DNA of 63,943 nt, filler included, from Parasitella parasitica NRRL 2501 (Eukaryota; Fungi; Mucoromycota): the NCBI GenBank assembly GCA_025201805.1. It is 9 parts of 9 records of this genome, joined end to end, with 100 filler letters (N's around TTAATTAATTAA, not from the genome) between each part and the next. Parts side by side here need not be neighbours in the genome. Positions count along the whole stretch, not along the records: positions 49,266 to 60,449 come from MU619447.1; positions 60,550 to 62,797 come from MU619311.1; positions 62,898 to 63,943 come from MU619253.1; 6 more parts are not named here. One strand, given 5' to 3'. The position numbers and the translations under genes are program-made. Every line of letters starts with the position of its first letter. Position 1 is the stretch's first letter. Below are positions 55,301-63,943 of the stretch, one piece after another. The notes below the pieces were generated by a model. The model was not told the origin of the DNA. It worked only from the letters and a program-made list of their open reading frames with translations, and ran no database searches.

Positions 55301-56865
55301 GAGCGCATCCTTCGAAAAATGCTATCAGAAGAAACTCGATGGGTGTTTTACAAGGATTAGAGCTACTTTCAAGAATTTCCTCCTGATCAGGACCAGCATT
55401 GACGGCAGGCAAAACCAACTCGTTGACATAACGCCGCATATCAAATGACTGTTGAATAGCAGCATCTACATTGCTTAAAATTACCTCAGCAATTGAGTGT
55501 ATGCCATCAAATTGAGGGTGAACATTGCTATATTCTTCCTCCTCAGTATCTTCGTCGTCATCATAAATGGAATCCAAATTGACAAGATCATCATCCAAAA
55601 AGTGTCATCGATATTAACAATGCTACTGTCGACTTCCATTGAGTCAGTAGTTCTAACATTCAATTAGTAAATTGATAGTTATATCTATAATTTGTATAAA
55701 CACCTACGTCTCTTGCTCATCCGCAGTAAACGGATTATATGATACAATATTGACATTACTAGAAGCTTTGGCCTTTTTAATCTCTTGATGCCTGTTCAGT
55801 GATTGCTTAGTTGCAAAGCTTTTCCCACAGCAGCTGCAAGTAAGATTAGTCTTGGAGGATGTATTTTGGTTATATTTTGCTTTGTATCGAAAAACGTTGT
55901 TTGTGGACATCTTTGAATAAATATGGAATGAAAAAATGGTAAAGAAAAAGAAGAGGAAGAAGTCAATCCCCAGAATTTACATTTGTTGATTCAGGGACTA
56001 TCTTAGCAAGAGTGAGAATCAACACTAATTATAAATTCATTGATTCGTTTAATACCTTAATAGGTATATGACAGTTTGACAAACTAAATTGCCAGAAGTC
56101 GAACAATCTTCACTGAGCGCTCTTAATAAAGAATCGACTTTGCAACATTTTGTTTCTCCTTTTTTTCTTCACAGTTTCATCACAACACAAAAAGGTAGGG
56201 TTTATAAATTTTTATTACTGTAAATAGCTGTGAATAAATCATACTTTTCAAGATCTGAATGCCTTATTACTACAAAATAAGTTGTTTAGAATAAAAGTAA
56301 GCTATATAAAAACATCAGAACCATTTCTTAAACTAATATTTCTTTACAAAACCTAGGTAACCCCCTTGTTGTGGTCTTTCTACTGTGCCCTAGATAACTA
56401 TGCTGAATAGCATATTATACACCAGGAGTTGAACCCTTCACTTGAGGTATGTAAGCTTAAGTTATGATTTGAACCATTTACTAGAACTTAACACGCGTTT
56501 TTTTTTTTATTTAGGATCGGTTCCAGGAAATGGTTTGTCTAGCATTGCTTCTTGAATCTGGCCACCATACTGTCAATAATTCTTCCTATGATACGTACGC
56601 TAGTATTATGTATATAATATGCTGCAGCTACTGTTCAACCACTATATTTTAGCTACAATTATAATAATAAAAATCCTTTTTTACCAAGCAAAATATTTTG
56701 CAACGAAAATCTTTCTAAATATAAAAATGGGGGGGGGGGGAATATATGTAGTGAATCGTATATGGCATTTTGTGTTAATCTTTTAAGGTTCAAGCTATAA
56801 TAAAAAAGGAGATGTTTTTTTAACATTTTCATTTCCTATTTGGTTTAAAAAAATCTTTGGGTGTG
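52358..56865 (-). mobile_element. Full-length 4508-bp CMC (EnSpm/Mirage-like) DNA transposon
   Basis: Perfect 20-bp TIRs CACACCCAAAGATTTTTTTA at 52358-52377 and 56846-56865; AT dinucleotide on both flanks (2-bp TSD); encloses a transposase. Confidence 0.85.
52675..55910 (-). pseudogene. DDE transposase with N-terminal C2H2 finger; two apparent 1-nt frameshifts
   Basis: Exon 1 CSCCGKSF..LNRH; core LFSDDTSGNLSKQFN, IQGDN, CRKC, DTPIELLH, PKVHFLFH, YETEHGEQYN. Frames join if one T is restored at ~55598 and one A at ~53190. Confidence 0.8.
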
Positions 56866-57021
56866 ATGAAGCATAATTCCATATATATTTCTAAGATGAG
56901 ACGTTCCTAGAATTCAACATCAGGTTCAGGAACGTAGCTTCAATTGGCTCAGATTCTGATCACGTGCGGATGATCAATTAGCACCATCAATAAAAATTTA
57001 CATCTGCAACAAATAGTCATC

Positions 57022-57103
57022 GCCAATTTGGCCGAGCGGTCTAAGGCGTCGCACTCAAGTTGCGATCTCGAGAGAGGCGTGAGTTCGAATCTCACAGTTG
57101 GCA
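57022..57103 (+). tRNA. tRNA-Leu (CAA), intronless
   Basis: Acceptor stem GCCAATT/AGTTGGC, D-loop TGGCCGAGCGGTCTAAGG, anticodon arm TCGCA-CT-CAA-GT-TGCGA, long variable arm, GTTCGAATC, downstream TTTTT. Confidence 0.95.
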
Positions 57104-57870
57104 TTACTTTTACTAAAAAACAACGCCTAACGTCGGAAATCGTGTGCAGAGATTGTTTTATGTTTTTGTCAGGTTGTCAGTTGTCTCAGTTGCTCACAGA
57201 CTTTGTGTGTAACCTTTTAATTAGTATAAATATTAAATATATCTTAAAATAATAAAGGTATCTTTTTATCTCCTATATAACTGTTGTGCCAGAGTGTCAA
57301 AGGGCGCAGCGTAATGTTATGTAAATATGATTTGTATAAAGTAATAAAGACTTTTCTGAATAAAACCAGATACAAAACTGAAGATCTCTATTTATACTAA
57401 AATATATCCCAATCAATGTTTATCCACATAACATCTGATGTTTGACAAGAAGTGTCAAACCTTATTAAATCACAGCATTTCCAGGACAGACCTATCTTTC
57501 TATTTTACATTAAAGAGAAGATTGGGTAGGATGTCTTCCCGACATTCCGCGATCTGATCTAGATGTATTCTTTATTGAATAAGCCTGGAACCTTGCAAGA
57601 GGTCCAACTACAACTTGTAGCTTATTCCTTATTTGTAAAATAATTACCAACAATTAATATCATGATCCGTGCATTATGACTAAGTTGGATATGACATTGT
57701 ATGTAGCTTTTATATGGATACAACAAGTTGCGCAATTGTCTTTAAATGTATAATATTAATGATGGTATAATTCTTATATTTCATGCTTTATTCTCAGGAT
57801 TTTAGTCAAGAACTAAAACCTGCTTTACTAATTCAATATGATGTGTGAGAGACTGCCAGTAATTCACATC

Positions 57871-58110
57871 AGAGCACATAAATTACTAGTTTTATAGGCT
57901 TAAAATTACGCTCAAAAGGCTTGAAAAGATGTGCTCGTGAAGCGAGAATGTGCCCGTACACTCAAAAAATGTGCTCATCAAAAAAGTAAAATTTGCGTAT
58001 ACAAATGTAGCTTTAGCTTTTGTTTATTTCCCAACTTCTGTAGTATGGACCAGAGTAATTTTTTATTGTCACATAACAATATTGTCTTGATTATGTAGCC
58101 TTCGGTTGAC
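57871..58110 (-). repeat. Inverted partial copy of the CACTA subterminal region 51876-52128
   Basis: Near-identical in reverse complement (GTCAACC.AAGGCTACATAATCAAG..TGTACGGGCACATT..ACTAGTAATTTATGTGCTC). Confidence 0.8.
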
Positions 58111-59764
58111 ACAGGCAATGATGGAAAACAGTGCAAGGTTAGCTATTACCCGATTTGAAATTGAAGCTGTAATAGAATCAGCCTTTGCTCCTCAATTGAA
58201 AATAGGCGGTGTTCTCATTTATAGTGAGAAAAGAGGCTGTAAATTCAATCCCAGCGGTATGTTTCCATTTGAACCAAACCAGAATTGAAGAATTTTTGCA
58301 TTAGTTTATTGCTGCATAGCTCAAAAACATAATAGGTATATCGAATATGTGTACTAAGTGTTTTATAATAAAAAATGAATTCTGCATCTAACCGTATAGA
58401 TAACAGGGCTATATAAACACTTTTTCTTATTACCGATTTTCAAATATCCAAAAAACGCACTTTTTGATAGTTTTTGAGTAAAAGCAAACATATTTTGAGC
58501 ACTTTCAGCTCTATAAACTTGACCAAACAAACCATCATGTCAATACCTACACATAAATATTTTGTTCACAACTATAGCTTTATTATTTCTGCCAATAATC
58601 AAATTCTTACCTCGACCAGATTCAATCTACGATTTTTCGTCCCTAGACTTACAGGGCCAAAATGGAGCCATTCAAAAGGGTAAAAAACCATAGTGTTTTT
58701 CGCCATTATCTCGCTCAAAAATTAAAATTTTTCATCAAAACAAAAACCATTCCGTAGCTATTTTGTAGCTCTATGTTTTTATTGCTATATCATATAGCTT
58801 TAAATATTATTTATTGCTTTGAAAATTATGAAAATAAATTAAGCTACTGCTAAAAATATACGAAAAAAAATTTTTTCGCACATATCTATCTAAAAACTAA
58901 TACATCAAGTAGTAAATCAAGTTTCAAAAAGATTTGAATTATTACTCAAGCCAAAGTGTCTTAGTAGTTTGTTGAATAAAAGGCGGACAAAGTTTAACGT
59001 CAAAAGACAAAATTGGCTCAAGCTTGTCGAATTCGAGCTTCACTACGACATGTTTAATACCGGTAGGTGTAACAAAACGTGCTTTATTACTTTACTTAGG
59101 AACTTGGACATGATTTAATTGCAAAATTTGGTACTTGTTATAGGACCATATGCTTTAAAATCTGCAAAATTTGCAAAATCTGGTTCTTTGGGAATATCAT
59201 GACAGCAAAGATTGTCATAGAACAGGATTTGTACATTGGTTTACCCGCGGAATTGTACAACTTTAATGTCAATTTCGTGATATAAACTTTAATAAACATT
59301 TTAGCTACCTAAAGGTATATTCATAAAGATCTTGCCTATAAACAAGTCCATAAATTTTTATATCTACAATACACCAATTAATGTTGTAGTTGTCAATTTC
59401 TATCTTCATCAACATCTACTTTCAATCTTTCTATCAGGTTTATTGGTCAATCATACATCACACCATCATGGTATATTTCTTTATCTTTAAATTCCACATT
59501 TAGTATAAATAGCAATAATAGTTTATTCATAGCCATGAGAAGATCCTCATCCTAACATAAAATAAAACAACATCTTAAAAAGTATTTTATTTTAGTGTTT
59601 CTTCTGATTTTCACAAAGATAGATATAGAGAATCCAAAGACGTAGTGAGATATAGTTATTGTACTAGTACTAATCACAAATAAACAAATTCCAAATATGT
59701 ATAAATAATGCAATTGTTTTAACAATTGCAATAATTCTAGATGCCAGAAATGGCTTGTTTATTA

Positions 59765-61500
59765 CACCACCATGGCCAACTTGTGTGATAAAATCCTAAC
59801 TACTGGTGATGCTTTAGCAACTAGGTGTCCAAAATAAGCACCAGTGATTAGATTTTACACACAAAATGTAGAACTCAATCACTCAAACATCGTAAGCTTC
59901 AATTAGAACACCCTTTTAGTTTTTCGCGAACCATTTTCCACTGACGTTATGCTCAAAAAATTGCAATCAGACGTTTATTCATCACTAAACTTTAAAAACA
60001 ATCACTAAAAATAGAATAAGTGATTGATTCATCACCAAGCATTTAAGAGTATCACTGTGAATAAGAAGGGTGATTAATTCGTCACCAAGAACTCAAAAAA
60101 ATCACTGAAAAGGTAACACCACAAGGCAATAATAAAAGATGTTCTTCAGTTAATAGGAAATTTTCTTCATATACTACATACTACATCACATAAAAATAAC
60201 TAGTAGAATACTTGATATTTTGCACAGAATGCAATTGATCCATGTTGATACAGTTATTATTGTTGTATCCATATAAAGGCTACATATGTCATATCTAACT
60301 TAGTCATAATGCACGGATCATGATATTAATTATTGGTAATTCTTTTACAAATAATGTTGAGATCTGCAAGATCGAAATAAGAAAAGTATAATATAAAACG
60401 TTGAATTAACGAGATACGAAAACTTGAGATTACTTTATTAAAGATTCAANNNNNNNNNNNNNNNNNNNNNNNNNNNNNNNNNNNNNNNNNNNNTTAATTA
60501 ATTAANNNNNNNNNNNNNNNNNNNNNNNNNNNNNNNNNNNNNNNNNNNNATGAGAGCAACCAGACGTTTGCTGTTGCTACCATTGGAGAGAAGAAGCCTG
60601 TCAGCAATGACATGGACATTGATAGCGAATGTAAGCAGCATGATAGTGAATATTTTAGGCAAATGCCTAGTAAAAATATGGACACTAATGGCCTTCTTTT
60701 CCTACCTGTTATTCTAGAGTCGCAAAGCGGTGTTAAAGTTAACACATGGTTCTTGTTGGACACTGGATGCACGTTTAGTGCTATTTCCCCACAGCTAGTT
60801 GCCTTTTTAAACTTGAAAGTTGTTAATAAAAATGGCATCATAAAATTAGCACAAAATAACAGCGTAGTTGATAGACAAGGACAAACTGATGAAGAGCTTA
60901 AGATTAACTATGGCTCAAAGATTGTCTATTATAAGTTTGAAGTTTTTAATCTATTTGAAAACATCCATTGTGTATTTGGCATGGATTTGCTTTTACAAAG
61001 TTGGTACTACACCATGGCCAACTTGTGTGATAGAATCCTAACTACTGGTGATGCTTTAGCAACTAGGTGTCCAAAATAAGCACCAGTGATTAGATTTTAC
61101 ACACAAAATGTAGAACTCAATCACTCAAACATCGTAAGCTTCAATTAGAACTCCCTTTTAGTTTTTCGCGAACCATTTTCCATTGACGTTATGCTCAAAA
61201 AATTGCGATCAGACGTTTATTCATCACTAAACTTTAAAAACAATCACTAAAAATAGAATAAGTGATTGATTCATCACCAAGCATTTAAGAATATCACTGT
61301 GAATAAGAAGAGTGCTTAATTCGTCACCAAGAACTCAAAAAAATTACTGAAAAGGTAACACCAAGGCAATAAAAAAAGATGTTCTTCAGTTTAATAGGAA
61401 ATTTTCATCATACACATACTACATCACATAAAAATAACTAGTAGAATACTTGATATTTTGCACAGAATGCAATTGATCCATGTTGATGCTGTTATTATTA
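59765..61500 (+). repeat. ~500-bp direct repeat (59765-60260 and 61008-61500)
   Basis: Near-identical copies starting ACCATGGCCAACTTGTGTGATA, with different flanks, on either side of a linker. Confidence 0.85.
60550..61005 (+). mobile_element. Ty3/gypsy aspartic protease fragment
   Basis: WFLLDTGCTFSAIS and CVFGMDLL retropepsin motifs; truncated by the 500-bp repeat. Confidence 0.75.
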
Positions 61501-63943
61501 ATGTATTTTCTGTAGAAGATCTAAAAAACACACAGTGCGATTTATAATGCAACATGTCTACATTCAATTGAAATTTTTTTAAAGACATTGATCAAAGCAG
61601 ATGATATCGAGTTATCGTACATTTACATCCCAAATTCGATTTGCATTTTACATTTTTTATTGTTATAATGGTTTATCACAACATAAGACATTTAAAAGAC
61701 ATGTACATTTTTTGTTTCAAATGTCCATTGAATTTTAATCGTATTCATTTTACCACACCCCAAAATATAGACAATTAGCATGTCTGTACTTACATTACAG
61801 CGCTAACCAGTCCACAACCGACATATAATGTACTCTTGATCCATCATTTACATATTATTTCACTTTATCCCTTCATCAAATATTGCCATCTTCGTTTTCC
61901 TACTCTTGAAATCAGCATTTTCCAACAAAAAATAAAGTCTAACATGTTTTTACCCGCATACCTTGTCCATCTTTTTTTTTTTTTTTACGATTTGCAATAA
62001 ATCCACAATCTACTCACAGATGTTAAATTTTAGCGACTAAAGCTTTCAGATGATTAGATGTTGCATTAATTTGCTGTAATTGATATGCCTTTATAGCTTT
62101 TTTTGTTGAATTTTGGTTGCAAACAGGTTACGAATACCGTTAAAATGCCCGGCGTGAGAAATGATTTTGTTGTTCATCGTGATAATAGCCTACCAATATA
62201 TCGACAACTAAGATTGAATTCGCGTTTATAATTTGAATTGATTGGTTTTAATCTGCTTTTGTTGTTATATCAGTAAGTAGTAGCAGTATTTTGATATATA
62301 ATAAAAGGAAGAGAACAAAGGAGAAATGTAAAAAGATAAAAAAAAAATTTTTCACAGTTTATATTGAGCTGTGTCACATACCAAAATCAATGCAACGGAA
62401 CATGTGCCGTATCTGTAGTGCCTAACACTACGGCCGAAGTAGTATTCCCATGGGTATAATAATATGCACAAATGGGCATAATAAAAAAAAATGGGCACAT
62501 TAAGCTGTTCAAATGTGCATAGCAAGATGATCAAGGTTTTTAACGTAATTTATCAAAGTAACTAGATTGCAATATAAGCACTGGTTGTGATAGCTTAGGT
62601 GATTTAAAGAATATACGAGTTGATTTGGAGTCATGGCGACCTCTCATTGCCGAGATATATCAATTGTAATTTTATTAAATGGAAGTATTATGCACATGTG
62701 CATCTTAAGATGGTCTAATGGTGACAGTGATAATTAGCCTCAGCTCGTATAAAAAACAAAAAAAAATCATACAGCGTATCTTCTGTTTTTTTTATTTNNN
62801 NNNNNNNNNNNNNNNNNNNNNNNNNNNNNNNNNNNNNNNNNTTAATTAATTAANNNNNNNNNNNNNNNNNNNNNNNNNNNNNNNNNNNNNNNNNNNNTTT
62901 ATTTTGCTTTTTATCAAAGCCTATCATGGATTATATGCAATTCTGATATGTAAATTTGGGATATCGTCTGATAACTTTATAGATATCAATAAAAATATAA
63001 AAGCCAATGTCGTCACAGGAAATATTTTTTATTGGTTTATGTTTGGAATGATGAAATATAGACAGAAAAAATTCAAATATAAATGAACATATTTATTTGG
63101 CGATTTCAAGATTGAATGAGGATTTACACAGTGTACGCTTTGAATATATTTTATTTTATTTGGATTGTATTTTTTATAAGCATTTATACCATATCACTAA
63201 AGCATAGCTTTGGTCATATAAACGTAATCTGCTTTTATTACAGTAGTACGAGGTACACCGATATCGGTACCTATTAAAAACTTTAACAATGATGAATATA
63301 TGACATTTCTTAAGTTGAAAAAGTATAATCACTAAATTGAAATTGTAAAACAACTAAATCAATTTAAATGTCACTATTTTGAAATCAAAATCCGGTACAT
63401 TGCCATGATTTCCTATCTATAATTACGGCAGATCATCTATATCAATACAAAAGGGAACGGGATGAATCTAGAAGTGAAATACAGATCAGTATAGTGAATG
63501 TATTTCACAGCATCGAACCGGTGTGTGATGTTTGCTTTTATTAATTATAATTTTTGATGCAAATGGCAACTGATTGAAATCAAGTGCTTTTAGATAGCCT
63601 TGATCATGCTTGTATTATTTAAGTTCAAAACAGATTTGTATCAAAAAATTTAAACGTTTATATATCTTTCTACTGATAACTTTTTATTTATGCAATTTTT
63701 CATTCAAAAGTGTTGTGCCAGTTGTAATGAAATGGCACCTATTATATGGCACCACAATTACATTAAAATAAAATCCAGATGGATCATGGCTGATCCATCC
63801 AAGAAAGAAATACATGAAAAGCACAAGTAAACATTAACAAGTGTTGGTAGAGGCTTGCACTCCTGATCAAAGTACAATCTCCTACAACCCTGGCACATGC
63901 TAATGTTGAACAACGCTACTACTCATAATCACAAATAAACAAA

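Noticed and set aside
30164-62897. Recurrent TTAATTAATTAA blocks resembling a spaced repeat array
   Set aside because: Always embedded in N runs of fixed length; an artificial six-frame-stop linker.

Overview
Eukaryotic fungal DNA, most likely Mucorales (inferred from short introns, gene content and repeat types). Contigs are joined by artificial 100-bp N-TTAATTAATTAA-N linkers, so adjacency across a linker is not evidence of physical linkage. About 2.6-26 kb is gene-dense: a Gli/Zic-type C2H2 transcription factor, an Ngl/Angel-type nuclease, a UHRF1-like protein with a divergent SRA domain, a GlcNAc-kinase-type hexokinase next to GlcN6P deaminase, a DRS2-like flippase, a CUE protein, a DUF1838-like protein and RAD54. 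From about 26 kb the window is an AT-rich mobile-element patchwork around a three-gene island (Gfo/Idh/MocA oxidoreductase, bleomycin hydrolase, M3 oligopeptidase) and one tRNA-Leu(CAA). The patchwork holds a LINE relic, a decayed Fanzor1 (eukaryotic TnpB-like) gene, Ty3/gypsy pieces, a complete 4.5-kb CMC/EnSpm-like DNA transposon and CACTA ends. The most notable feature is an endogenous virga-like RNA virus element. A decayed RdRp (motifs B-E) sits directly upstream of an uninterrupted reading frame of at least 532 codons. That frame encodes a capping-enzyme-fold protein lacking the canonical catalytic residues. All homology calls are by eye from recalled family motifs; no searches were run.
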